From: Mustelus asterias
Lineage: Eukaryota
Direction of reading: 5' to 3'
Length of the DNA stretch: 64,000 nucleotides
NCBI RefSeq assembly: GCF_964213995.1
Contig: NC_135813.1
Span: 12,958,001-13,022,000, forward strand
The notes beneath the pieces were generated by a model. The model searched no databases, was not told the DNA's origin, and worked only from the letters and a program-made list of their open reading frames with translations. Every line of letters begins with the position of its first letter. Within the stretch, counting starts at the first letter, position 1. Positions 36,849-49,520 of this stretch are shown one piece after another. Position numbers and translations under genes: made by a program.

Positions 36849-39065
36849 GGAGTCATCTGATGTAAGTGCGGGCGGCTGCGTTTTTGCAAGCTCTGGCACT
36901 ATGCACTTTTAATTATTTTTTATCCTGATGCACAACCCATAATTATTTGATCTTGACGTGTATAATCGGTGCCATGTTCCTGAAAAATCCTGGCTAAAGT
37001 TTGGTGAGGGGCAGCTGAGTTAAGTTAAGAAAATCCTCGTTTGATTGAGGCGGTCGAAGATGGCTGGGGTGGGGCAGTTCGCAGTGGCAGGCTCACTGGT
37101 GAGTGGGCCAACTCTTCAGTGGAGCAAAAGACATCAAGATAATGGCTTCCATTGTGAACAACGTTGTGGACATTGGTCTCTGCTCCCCGTCACAAGCTGT
37201 TGGTACTCATATTAATAAGCAAAGAGATATCCCTAAAGAGAATGGATGGAGTGGAGAAGAGAATCCAGTCAGTCAAGAGGGCAGTTTCCTTGGTGGGGGC
37301 TTACCATTGATCCTTGGAAATCCTGCTGCATGTTAAGAAGAAATTCCTGGTTAATTCGGAGAGATGGGGCTTGAAGAGTAGTATCCGATGGGAGCTGGGT
37401 GTGTATTCCCAGCTGAATTTGAGAACTGGCTGTCATGCTTTCACAATCTTGATTTGAGGGCTGGGCGTCTCGAGTTTGAGACCTGGGGTCAGTTGGAGAT
37501 TCTAGCCACTGGTCTTGTTGTCTTGTACTCAGTGTTCAACGAGAAGAACCAGACGCAGCTGGTCATCCTGGGTCTTCACTACCTGCCAGGGCCTAGGTTT
37601 CTCTTTACTAGGGCTTCAGGATGATGACATGGAGGAGATACAAAGGGCATCGGTGAAACTCTGGATGAATCCTGGATGACCCTACATGGCTTTGGCCTTT
37701 TCAAGCTCCATGGAGCTTACCAATCAGTTCATCATTAATCTTGAACTTTGTTCCCTTGTGATTATATTCCTGATTTCATGATATTGTCTTTTATCTTGAC
37801 AAGAGTGTATGACATAAGAGCATCGAGGCATTTGTTGCCTGTTATCCTGTTACACTGTGAAAAATCAGGAATTGTTAATCCTTGTGTTGACCCTGTATTA
37901 TGCTTTTTTTCATATTGATGGGACCAATCCTATAATGGAGTTCGGAAGTGAATGTCACCGATTATCCTGTTTAGAGTCATATTGGGCTGTTCTATGTTAA
38001 TCCTTGAATGTATCCCCTGTAATTTCATCTCTTAATTGATCCTGTTCTGTGATTTACCACAGTGATAGGGGCAATCCTGTGAGTGACATGATAGCAATTA
38101 TTCACTCGTTATCCTGGTGAGTCCAAGGTCATCCATTTATCCTTATCCCCTGTAATTTCATCTCTTAATTGATCCTGCTGCATGATTTATCACATTGATA
38201 AGGGCAATCCTGTAAGTGAGCATGGTAGCTAATTTTCGCTTGTTATCCTGGTGAATCCACAGATATTCATATATCCTTAGTGGAATGCATTCCACAATGT
38301 ACCTCTCATTTCTGAGAAGTGCGTGTTGTTTAGTACTTGAGCTGTGCAATTTTTATCCGTCTTCTCGTCTTATAATCCTGGTATGTATAGTGATGGACTT
38401 TTTCACCTGATATTCTTTATTACAATTATGGTTAAAATGACTAGCGCCATTTCAATGAGGTGGGCAAGTGGTTTAATATGGAGGTAGTGAGTAGGGCCAT
38501 AGGAGTCCTCATAGCGGGTGAGAAAACCCCCACCCCTCTATGGACTCACCCTTTTTTAAAAAAAACTTAGTTGTTTTGGGGTTACAGAATCTCTGGTTAG
38601 CTCTTGTTATGGTACAGACTATATATTCTGGGAAAATACATATTTTATCATTGACGCCTCTAAGGTGGCTGGGGTTGGGGGTTAGCGTCCTTTGGTGCAC
38701 AGGATGCTACCTGTGCACCGCCATGTTATCTGTGCTAATATCCTGTATTTTGTATGGTTGAATTAGCAATGACATAGCTACTTTAAAGACACAAGTTCTA
38801 AAGCTCTGTCGCCATTATCCCATGAGCTTGGTTGTGCACCATTGAGCCAATTGTGGCTGCATCCTGTTATCCCTCATCCTTTGATATACCCTTTCATTAC
38901 TTATACAATGGATACAATCAATAATACGAACCAACTGTATTGGTATTTTTTTCTGTCTCTTCCTACATGTACTTGTTTGAAAATGATCTTGCTGTATTGT
39001 ACAAATAATGTAACAAACTCAAAGATTGGCAAAGAATGAAAAATCTTCAATAAAAAATATATTAA
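36849..39065 (+). mobile_element. ORF1-only L1-derived (HAL1-like) retroelement
   Basis: 14-bp TSD AAAAACACAAAATA (36835-36848 and 39066-39079); 3' end AATAAAAAATATATTAAAAAAA; decayed L1 ORF1-like peptide FENWLSCFHNLDLRAGRLEFE; no RT motifs seen. Confidence 0.65.
38011..38259 (+). repeat. Diverged tandem repeat, period ~133 bp, two clear units
   Basis: TATCCCCTGTAATTTCATCTCTTAATTGATCCTG occurs at 38011 and 38144. Confidence 0.9.
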
Positions 39066-39530
39066 AAAAACACAAAATAACAGAATTAGATGGGTGTCAA
39101 ATCAGATCAGTTGCTGCTGTATGGATTCAGGGTCTAAAAAGAGTGTTCGACAAGATCATGAAATAAATTTATTCACGAAAATTTCCAAAACGGTACAAAA
39201 TGCTGTTCTGCAATTTCCTTATCAAAGATAACGTACAAGCTCAAGCAATGAACACATTCAAATTGCATTCCCAATGCATTCCTTCACATTTCTCTGCAGC
39301 CATAAATGTGAAAGTAGAGATTAGTTAACTTGCATTTAACAATGTGTAATGAGTACAAGCAGAAATTTGTTTATGTTAATATGCGGCTGAATCATTGTTA
39401 TCCAAACTGAATGGAGACCAATTATAGTCAAGTGCTTCGAGTCATCAGCTTTTTAACTTTTTTCACTTGGAATTTTCAAGTACGGCTACTAAATTCAATA
39501 AGACCAGCTGAGAAGCTGTTTGTTAGATGC

Positions 39531-39708
39531 TTAGAGTCAGAGGTTTACAGCATGGAAATAGGCCCTTCGGCCCAACTTGTCCATGCCACCCCTTCTTTTA
39601 AACCATTAAGCTAGTCCCAATTGCCTGCGTTTAGCCCATATCCCTCTATACCCATCTTACCCACGTAACTGTCTAAATGCTTTTTAAAAGACAAAATTGT
39701 ACCCGCTT
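39531..39708 (-). mobile_element. CR1 LINE 3' terminal fragment
   Basis: Same subfamily as 18418-18592. Confidence 0.8.
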
Positions 39709-41396
39709 CACGAAGCATGGTCAATACTGGAGTATACGGAGTTACTTATCCCGTATAAGTAACGGGATTGCAATACAATACCAAATTAGAAACGGGAAAC
39801 TGGCTAATCATCTTACAACTACTATTCAAAGTGCAGATGTTGGGCAAGGACACAATTGGGCTCATCGGTGATGCTACTGTGCTTAAATAGCACGCCACTG
39901 CTCGCTCTATCAACTCTCATACAAATGATGCTGAGATATTGTAAGGTGCAGAGTGTTCATGGAACCATGCACCAACAATAATTCTCTTTTGCTTTAATAA
40001 AAATGTTGAATATTTGCACCAAGAAGGATTTTGAAAAAGAGTTGACAAACTGACTTTGTTTGGGACTGTGGTGGGGCAGAGGGGGTGGGGGTGGGGGTGG
40101 GGGTGGGGGGGGGGAAACACTGTGAAGTTGCATCACCCATTTGATGGAGACCATCCTGCGTATTTTGTGGCAATAATTCTACAAAGTGCTGCAGGAAGCA
40201 TTTATCAATATTATATAACCCACTGTATTTTTCACTGAGACAAAATATCCTGAAAGTTTATCGCAGTCAACTCCTGAGAAAAACCCCTTTAAAAATTACC
40301 ATGTCAAAATACTGATCTTACCCGATCCCTCCCTAACATCTGCTCAGTGTCCATTTCTCCACTCTCCCCTTCTTATTTTTGGAAGTGCCTTGGGACTTTT
40401 TTGTACTTTGATGGTGCTGTACAAGTACTTGCTGTTGTTAAATAATGCACAATAATGCTGGATTAAAACCATCTAGAAAAAAAACCAAACATGCAGTATT
40501 GTCCCTGACAGTTTCTGTTGGCTGAGCTGAAAGCACATCATACTTGGAAATACTCTTGGGCTCAAAGGCATAAAACTACTAAGGAAAAAACCTACAGAAT
40601 TAGAGAGAACGTATCATATTATCACGAAAGCACCATGACCACGTTGTTAACTACTCTGCAATACCTTTGAAAAGAATGTTGAAACATTAAATTGATTTTT
40701 CACACTGGACAAGGTTTAATATTGCTTTTCTACACATTGTTAACCAGCATACTGTGCCGCTGAATAGAATACAGCTCTTTACAGCTTGTAATCAAATTCT
40801 GGAATGTGCTGTGAAAAATAGGATTGCCAGGATTATAATATTTTCTGATATGCAGTATTAATGGTGGGCGCACAACCACAGAACAGAAAAAGCCTAAGTT
40901 CAGAGGTATCCCTTCATGGCATTCGGCATGACATTTCAATGAACATTGTAATCTTCATTCAATAATACCATGATCTTGCACCCCTTCTTGGTTCTTAAAA
41001 AAAAACCAAGGAAATATCACTCAAAATTATTTTGAAGTTAAGTAGAACACAAATACTTTTAAAAATAAAAACAAGCTTTTAAATTGAAATTTGAATTGAG
41101 GTGATGTAATTTTACCAAAGTGTAGGTTCCATCAACTGACTTAATCCACGGAGTTTTAGGTTAAGGATGTGCAAAAAATGTGCTTAATATTATCAGAAGT
41201 GTTCTACCATAAAGAAATGCAATTCTGAGCCACTTAGATTTAAGTTATCCGTTTTGAACAAATGCCTTGATTGTCCAACCACATTCCAGCAGCATCATGT
41301 TTTCTCTCATCTGAAAGAAGGTGCCTATTGCTAAGAATGGGAATATAGAAACCTACAATCATCTTCACCTTACTCTCCAATCCGACATATAGTACA

Positions 41397-41754
41397 GGGG
41401 GAGGCAATGGCCTTGTGGTATTATCACCAGACTATTAATCCAGAAGCTCAACTAATATTCTGGGGACCCGGGTTCAAATCCCACCATGGCAGATGGATTT
41501 GAATTCAATAAAAAAAATCTGGAATTAAGAATCTACTGATGACCATGAAACCATTGTCGATTGTTGGAAAAACCCACTGGTTCACTAATGTCCTTTAGAG
41601 AAGGAAATCTGCCGTTCTTACCTGGTCTGGCCTACATGTGACTCCAGAGCCACAGCAACGTGGTGGACTCTCAACTGCCCACGGACAACTAGGCATGGGC
41701 AATAAATGCTGGCCAGCCAGCAACGCCCACGTCCCACGAATGAATTAAAAAAAT
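41397..41754 (+). mobile_element. SacSINE1-like Deu-domain SINE, full length
   Basis: Head GGGGAGGCAATGGCCTTGTGGTATT, B-box GGTTCAAATCC, conserved body and A-rich tail. Confidence 0.85.
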
Positions 41755-43022
41755 GAAATTAAAAACTTCGGGCCTAACGCAGTGATCTCGTAATTATTTT
41801 TATCTGAATCTGTGGTATAAATGGCAGCCTTACATCGAACCTGACAATAATTCATAAGTTATTTTACATGTTACCTTACAATTCTGTGGGTAACCTGGGG
41901 CTATAGCTCTACCACATTGAAGTATAACTTCTTTCACTCAATTTGCTATCGTGTGTCAGAAGCATTTTTCCTGATTCCCATGGATTTCAATTTTACTAAA
42001 GCTCCTTAGTGTCACACTACGCCAAATGCTCCCTTGATGTTAAGTGCAATCCTTCTTACCTCTCTTCATTTCAGTTTTGTGCCCCTGTTTGGACCAAAGC
42101 TGTCGTGAAGTCCGGATTGGAGTGGTGTTGGTAGAAGCCATGGAGTATTGGCGAGCAGCTTACCGGTGAGCAATGCCACTTGATAGCAATGTTGACAACC
42201 CCTTTCAACATTTTGCTTATGATGGGTAATAAACCAACAGGCAGTAATTGGTTAAGTTAGATTTGTCTTGCTTTTTGTGGAAAGAACATACCTGGCCAAA
42301 TTTCCGCTTTGTAGTTATGCAGTAGCAGCTTGGTTTGCAGCACGACAACTGGATTATTGTGGGGAGATCATAGCCTTTGCTGTGATAAAAAGGCATTGAG
42401 ACAGTAATGCAAACTTGGTCACACTGTTTGGTCCAGTGATATAAACAGTGTAATTCCCAAGCCCCCCCCCCAACCGACTTGTAGGTTTGTTTTTGAACTG
42501 GATTACAGTTTTTAAAAATCGCACCTGCTCTTTCCAAGATTACAAAGCGCTGCACAGCTTTCAGCTTTTGAATGCGATCTACAAGGTTTTCATTAGAGCT
42601 TCTAATGAGATGTTTGCACATATGGATGCAAGCACATAATCTTGACTGTGATCCATCAAGCTGAAGTTGCTGGATTTCAACAGTACCACAACGTTATATA
42701 GTGAATTTTAATTGCCATTTTTAAAGATGAAGAAACTCAAGAATCAAATTATTTATAATAATGCATAACATGGGAAGTCAGTGACAAAGAGAAATACAGA
42801 ACAAGCCCAGACAAGTGTTTTGAAGCAGTCAAGTGAAAATTGAATGAACTAAATGAAGATGAAAATAACAGATTAAAAGTAGTAAAGCATCAACTAAGAA
42901 CAATAGCATTTAATTTTCATAGATTCATGTGTGGTAAACATAATCCTCTTTAATATTATGAATACTTTCATCCAAATATTAACAAAACGCAAACAATCCT
43001 GTCAACTGCATTCAATCTAGGT

Positions 43023-44040
43023 TAGTTTTTTTCTCTTATTCGTAGGATGTGGGGTTTTCCGGCAAAGCCACCATTTATTGCTCATCCCTAATTGATCTTA
43101 AGGAGGTGCTGGTGCACTCCCCTCGATTTTTATTCTTTCACAGAATGTGGGTGTTGCTGGCTAGGTCAGCATTTATCACCTATTCCCAATTGCCCTGGAG
43201 AAGGTGCTGGTGATCCGTCTTCCTGAACTGCTGCAGTCCACGTGGTACAATAACACCGACAATGTTGTTAGGAAGAGAATTCCAGGATTTCAACCCAGAG
43301 ACAGCGAAAAAACAGTGACACAGTTCTAAGCCAGGAAGGTGTGTGGCTCAGAGGGGAACTTGCAGGTGGTGACGTCCCCATGCACGTTGCCCTTGTCCTT
43401 CTAGGTGGTAGGGATCACAGGTTTGGAAGATGCTGCTGGAGGAGCCTTGGTGAGTTGCTGCAGTGCAGGTTGTAGATGTGGCACACTGCTGTCGCTGTGT
43501 CAGAGGTTGAGGGAGTGGATGCTGAAGGTGCCAGTCAAGTGGGTTGCTCTGTCTTTAATGGTGTTGAGCTTCTTGAGTACTGTTGGAGATGGACTCATCC
43601 AGGCAAGTGGAGAGTATTCCATCACATTTTTGACTTATGTCTTGTGAACAATGAGCAGGCTCTGGGGAGTCAAGAGGTGAGTTACTCTCTGCAGAATTCC
43701 CAGTCTCTGACTTCCTTTTATAGCCATTGTATTTATATAGCTGGTCCAATCCAGTTTCTGGTCAATGGCAACCCCAGGATGTTGATAGTGGGGGATTCAA
43801 CAATGATAATGCCATTGAATGTCAAGGGGAGGCAGTTAGATTCTCTCTTGGTGGCAAGTAACATTTGTGGCACACATCAGCCCAAGCCTGAATGCTGTCT
43901 AGGTTTTGGTGCATATGGGCATAGCCTGCTTCAGTATCTGAGGGCTCATGAAACTTACTGAACATTGTGCATTTCCCAATGAATTTATGAATGAGGAGAG
44001 GTTGTTAATAAAGCAGCTGAAGATGGTTGGGCCTAATTCT
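43023..44040 (-). mobile_element. Degenerate CR1/L2-group LINE 3' part
   Basis: Minus-strand RT C-terminal remnant (QRLGILQRVTHLLTPQSL...VMEYSPLAWM); tail shared with the SacSINE1-like SINE. Confidence 0.75.
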
Positions 44041-44469
44041 TAAACTAGGAACCAAAGTCTCGAAATACCGCAGCCCATTTTGTAAGAATACTCCCACTGG
44101 CCTGTTGGGAAGAGAGTTCCACAACTCTGACCTAGCAAGAGTGATATATTTACAAGTCAGGGTGGTGTGGCTTGGAGGTGGTGGCATTCCTATCTACCTG
44201 CTGCCCTGGTCTTTCTCAGCGACAGAAGTTTGTTGCTTTGTAGACAGGTTAAAGTCTTTGATTTCAAGGCCAAGATTATTTGTTGAAGGTTTTGGGTCAG
44301 ACATACCCATTAAAAGGCATCAAATGGCAATATGTTTTACATTTCCTCCTTCAGGACACTTAACATCCTCCTTCAACTACTGTTGACTTTCCCACAGCCA
44401 CTGTTGAAAGTTTCAATCATCCAACAGGGCATTCATTTTATTTTTCTATTTACACATACAACTCCATCC

Positions 44470-44762
44470 AGCACAGTGGCAAGCACTGCTGCCTCATAGC
44501 GCCAGGGACTCTGGTTCGATCCTGGCTTGGGTCACTGTCTGTGTGAAGTTTATACATTCTCCCAGTGTCTGCGTGGGTTTCCTCTAGGTGCTCCGGTTTC
44601 CTCCCACAGTTCAAAGATGTGCGGGTTAGGTGGATTGGCTATGCTAAATTGCCCCTTAGTGTCTAGCTAGGGTAAATGCATGCGATTGTGGGGGTGGGAT
44701 TGTGGTCGGTGTGCAGACTTGATGGGCCGAATCGCCTCCTTCTGCACTGTAGGGATTCTATG
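44470..44762 (+). mobile_element. HE1-like SINE, CR1-type tail
   Basis: Full head through TTCTGCACTGTAGGGATTCTATG. Confidence 0.9.
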
Positions 44763-45174
44763 AAAAATTACAAACCAGTTGCCAGACATTAGCAGATAGG
44801 GTCACATGGCTTGCATTTGTATACATGCAACTTTCTGGTTATGTGGAAAGCACATTCCCTCTTGTCGAGATGATACAATTCTTTGATTTCAACCCCATTC
44901 TCCCTCCGCCCCTCCAATCACAAGAGCAAACATTTCACAAGTACCTGTCAGTTATTGTTGTCCTTTCAAGTTGTGAAACATTTGCAAATTACAGGTACAA
45001 GCAGCTTAGAAAAGATTAGAAAAATTTAGACTCAGTTGCTTTGAAAAGGATGGAAACAGAGGTACACAAGTTGCTGTGTAAAATCCCAAAGTTTAATTCT
45101 GATCGCTACCTCAAGTTAAATGACAAATGTTGGACATGGCACGCATGATATAAAGTTCAGGACTGAAACACAAA

Positions 45175-45529
45175 GGTTAGAAAATTTACATTATCCAGCA
45201 CTCTACTAACTGGAATTCTCTATTAACCAGAATTCTGAGTCAGGTCTGGTTTTTGATTAAAGATGTCAAACTCACCAATGAATGTTATTGGCAGCCTGCC
45301 CTAGCTGCAGTCTCAGCCTCCTGCTGCTCTGCAGCACCATCTTCCCTCAGAGCTGCTCACTGAATTGACGGGTTCCTACAACTCTCGAGACCTCGACACT
45401 CATGCGATCGACCTGCAGCTTACTCGCTGGATTAAAATCCAAAGTCACCTTACACTCAGTTAACCGGTATATTTGATTAACTGGCACTTCCCATTCCATG
45501 TCGTGCCGGGTAACAGTGATTTTCCTGTA
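45175..45529. mobile_element. Possible Tigger/pogo-like MITE remnant
   Basis: Right end revcomp TACAGGAAAATCACTGTTACCCGGCAC resembles left-end AAAATTTACATTATCCAGCAC. Confidence 0.35.
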
Positions 45530-45673
45530 CCCTCCACTGACTTCTGCGTAGGATAGTTGCTCAAAAACTTTAGCATTGTACAGAGAAAGCTAGCTATGTT
45601 GGTAGAACCATGGCTTCTGCGGAAGAATGAGTTGGATAATCTTAAAGAGCTCTTGTATTTCGTACTTAGTAAT

Positions 45674-45735
45674 AGGTCTCACGACACCAGGTTAACTGTG
45701 CCCACTCCGGTCCAACGCCAGCATCTCCACATCAT
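45674..45735. mobile_element. Penelope terminal-repeat micro-fragment
   Basis: GTCTCACGACACCAGGTTAA fused to ACTGTGCCCACTCCGGTCCAACGCCAGCATCTCCACATCAT. Confidence 0.7.
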
Positions 45736-47437
45736 TTTGTACTTAGCTTGTGAGGGAATGGCAACATTTTGATCAAATGGATAAACATTTGGCAGTCAGC
45801 ACTTTTGTTCAAAAATCTATGTGTTCAATAGAATAGATGGATGTTTGAAAATATAGGCAGCCTATGAGCTATCAGGTGATAACATACGTGTTTTTATACT
45901 ACATTAAAGTCATTTCAATGATAAGTCTGATTTGGAAATTCTTAAAAAGGAACAAGTGCCATGTAAAAATGGCACCTTGACCTCTTTCAGCTCGGACAAG
46001 GCAAAATGTGATTCCCCATAATTAGAGATTTCTATTTCCCAATTGGTCAGTATGAGTACTAAAGGACAGAATAGGGAGTCAGAGAGAGATGGGAGCACAT
46101 TACTTACTGCTGCGTAGCGATTATTCACCAGCCGGGCTGTAAACATGCAAAACTCATTGAAGTGATGAATCAAGAGCTTGACCATTAAAACAGATGACTA
46201 TCAGCTGATTTTATTTATTTAAAAAAAAATCAACTGTAGGCATGCAAAACTGACAAAGCTTCCAAAATGATGCGTGGGAGTGTTAAAATCAAGCTCATAT
46301 TCTGGCTAAAGTGAAATAAAACGTGATTCTAACAGGACGGGGAATGTAACAAGTCTGCTTGCTAGAAGGACAGTAAACCATTAAAATAACATTTCACTTC
46401 AAGACATGCTGATGCGTGAAGCACTCCCATGCGATCCCACTTCATTTTCAAGTGAATTCAAGAACACTTGAGTGGTCACAATGGTCCATTAGAAGCAGCA
46501 ACAGTTTGTGGATTTAAAACTAAAATGGAAGAGCTATCTAAATTTAACTCTCATTTTATGATTTAAGGAACTGGACAAACATGAGGATTAGTGTGCAAAC
46601 TTATGTTTCCACCCTTTCCTGGAATTTGCCTCTATTTTAAATCTTAGAAGACCCTCATGAGAGGAGATGGATCAAATCACTATTATTTTCCATTACAATC
46701 CCCCAATTTAGCCTGGTTTCTGCTATCTTCCTAAAAATGAGGTGGAGACTGGCAACACATCAGAAGAACTCTAGGCCAGTCCAGAACTATTATGCCAAAC
46801 TCAGTAATTCTCCAATGGTTGGAAGATCCATTTTGCTCCCCTATAAGCTGTATGCTGATTGAATAGCAGAAAATTAATTCTGCAACAAGTTCCCCAGTTG
46901 ACAATAATACAACTCTATTCATGGTATGACCAACGATCCAGCTGGGATGGTGGGGAGATTAAAGTGTGAATGTCAGTTAAGTATAGGACCTGAATTTGGG
47001 TTTTGTAGTTGGGAATGCAATATTTTATTGCTGTAGTCGAATCTGACATATTTCTTTGGTTATTATAACGAATAGTTTAGTCAGTGTGATGAAAACACTG
47101 CTGAAAATTAACAGAACAGAACAAGAAACAAGGCAAGTATTGTGACAAAAATATGAAGGGAGAAAGGTCATAACCCTTGGGAACATGGTTGGTATAAAGC
47201 AGGATTCTTGAATGGCTAAATGGGAGAGCTGAGCGAATTCCTAATTTGATCGGTATTTGCACTAAGACAGCCATGAGTGATACTGTTGAGATGTCTTCTC
47301 CCAAACTCCCAAAGGACGTGGTGAATAAGGAAGAACAAAAACATAAAATACATTGCAAAAAATGAAATTATAACACACAAGTCAACTATGTTTTTAAATG
47401 CAATTTTTCCGTAAAAAAGAATGTTAAATCTGAGTGC

Positions 47438-47468
47438 TTTATTTGTCCTACCTGAAGGTATCTTTATT
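47438..47468 (-). terminator. MED27: MED27 polyadenylation signals (two AATAAA)
   Basis: Minus-strand AATAAA at 47463-47468 and 47438-47443, about 190-215 nt after the stop, followed by U/GU-rich sequence (~47330-47390). Confidence 0.7.
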
Positions 47469-47655
47469 TTTATCTCTGAGGTACTTTACTACAAAATTAT
47501 TTTGTCTGAAAAAAAGGAGTTGGACGAACTTCATCCCTTCAGGAAACTGTTAAAAATCCTTAAATCAGGCACATCATCCCGAGATCCTGCACACTCTGAC
47601 GCACACGTCATCATCGTCCAATGTGATTCTCGGTTACTAGGCAGTGAGATAGGCA

Positions 47656-47790
47656 TTACTGTCTGCAAGTGTCATGAAAGGCCTCAAGCGTTCGGAAGTC
47701 TCTCCATGTGGGAGGCAGTCCATCCTGAAGAAATTTTCCACAGCGCTGACACGTCGCCTGGAATAGCTTAATGTAACTTCGCAACCAAGT
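47656..47790 (-). CDS. MED27: MED27 last coding exon, TWLRSYIKLFQATCQRCGKFLQDGLPPTWRDFRTLEAFHDTCRQ*
   Basis: Strong pyrimidine acceptor ttatctttcattctttag; 44 codons plus TAA; matches the recalled MED27 C-terminus. Confidence 0.97.
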   Translation of the reverse strand, partial: TWLRSYIKLFQATCQRCGKFLQDGLPPTWRDFRTLEAFHDTCRQ

Positions 47791-48689
47791 CTAAAGAATG
47801 AAAGATAACGAGAAACAAAACATGAATATCTTTCGTGGCATTTTTGGTTTCCTAATCTTAACATTGATCTTTCGGTAGGGAAAGTAAAAACAAAAATGAA
47901 ACTTTCAATTCAATTAAAGGTTATTTTTAGCCTTTGTAAAACAAGTATAACATCTCGTGCATCATCATGCATCACTTGACCTTACAGCTGTCAAGTTTTA
48001 AAGCAACCAGAAATAAAGTTATAAAGAAGTGCATCTATATTTAAACTTAGGAAAATGAAAAATCGTAACCATTTAAAAAATCATTGCAACATTTTGAGCA
48101 CCTTCGCTAGTTATATTTTGGATGTGAAAGACAAAGCCAGTACTTGAACCTTAATGACCTTGCAATGCCTGTTCAGAAAGTAAGGTAAAGGACATCCAAC
48201 ACATCGGAACCAGGCGTGTGAAGAAAGTAACTGCAATATAATTGTGCAGGAAAACGCACACCCGAGGATTGAAATTATTACATTTCCCTCCAAAAGTCCA
48301 AGAACTTTCTCCAGTGCATAGCTAAGCCCTCTAGATGATGGGAGTTTGGGTGCAGCACCCTTGGTTTATCAGGAAGAAAGCAGCCGGATGGCCATTTGTA
48401 AACCCCTGTTGAGGATATACATTTGCGGAGTTTGGGTGAGGATAGGATTAGTGGTGACAGTGACAATGGTTCTTTACTCATGTCCAACACAGGCTGCTGA
48501 TGCTCACTGTCACTGTTCACACATGGCTACCTGCTACTGGATTGTTTTGGAACCATACTCGAGATACTGATCTGTTAAAGGAACCCAGTGTCTGAACAGG
48601 AGATCAGTTACTTAATCCGTGTAAATGGACAGCTGAAGACGTTGCTCCATTATTTGCCTCACCAATTAGCATCGTGGATTAGCAGACAG

Positions 48690-49520
48690 GTGGACAATGT
48701 ACAACAATAGAGACGGGCTGGTCAGATGGGCAGAGTAGTGACAAATGGAATTTAACCCTGAAAAGTAAGAGATGATGCATTCTGGGAGGACTAACAATGC
48801 AAGGGCATGCACAATGAATGGTAGGGCACAAGGTATTATAGAGGTTCAGAGGGATCTTGGGGTGCATGTCCATAGATCCCTGAAGGCAGCAGGACCGGTA
48901 AATAAGATGGTTAAGACTTATGGGATACTTGCCTTCATTAGCTAAGGCATAGAATATACGAACTGGGAGGTTACGATGGAGCTGCATAAAACGTTCGTTA
49001 GGCCACAGCTGGAGTAGTGCATGCAGTTCTGGTCACCACACCGTAGGAAGGATGTGATTGCACTAGAGAAGGTGGAGAGATTCACCAGGATGTTGTCTGG
49101 GCTAGAGCGTTTCAACTATGAAGAGAGGCTAGTTAGGCTGGGGTTGTATTCCTTAGAACACAGAGAGCTGACGGGTGACCTCCCTCAGGTGTACAAATCT
49201 ATGGGGGACATAGGGTAGATAGGAAAGAACTTCTCTGCTTAGTAGAGACGTCAACCAGGGGGCATAGATTTAAGGTCAGGAGCAGGAGATTTGGAGGGAA
49301 TGTGAGGAAACACTTTTTCACCCAGAAGGTAGTGGGAATCTGGAATTCACTGCCTGAAAGGGTGGTAGAGGCAGGAAACCTCAACATTTAAGTAGTATTT
49401 AGATGAGCACTTGAAACACTATAGCATACAAGCGCTGGAAAATGGGGTGAGAATTGCTTGATGGCTGGTGCAGGCATGATGGGTCGAAAGCTCTCTTTTT
49501 GTGCTGTAAAATTTTATGAC
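48690..49520 (+). mobile_element. CR1 LINE fragment in the last MED27 intron
   Basis: QFWSPHRRKDVIALEKVERFTRML; CR1 tail. Confidence 0.9.

Noticed and set aside
40070-40114. G-rich (GGGGGT)n tract; similar tracts near 3390, 8600 and 28295
   Set aside because: Simple low-complexity repeats; G-quadruplex potential alone does not indicate function.
41397-41490. tRNA-like A/B boxes here and in other SINE heads
   Set aside because: SINE heads without a full cloverleaf; not tRNA genes.
1-47400. Expected RAPGEF1 first exon or CpG-island promoter downstream of MED27
   Set aside because: No CpG island or recognisable RAPGEF1 N-terminal coding sequence was found.
47421-47864. ORF-track entries 47421..47771(+) and 47637..47864(-)
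   Set aside because: Antisense and off-frame shadows of the true MED27 last exon.
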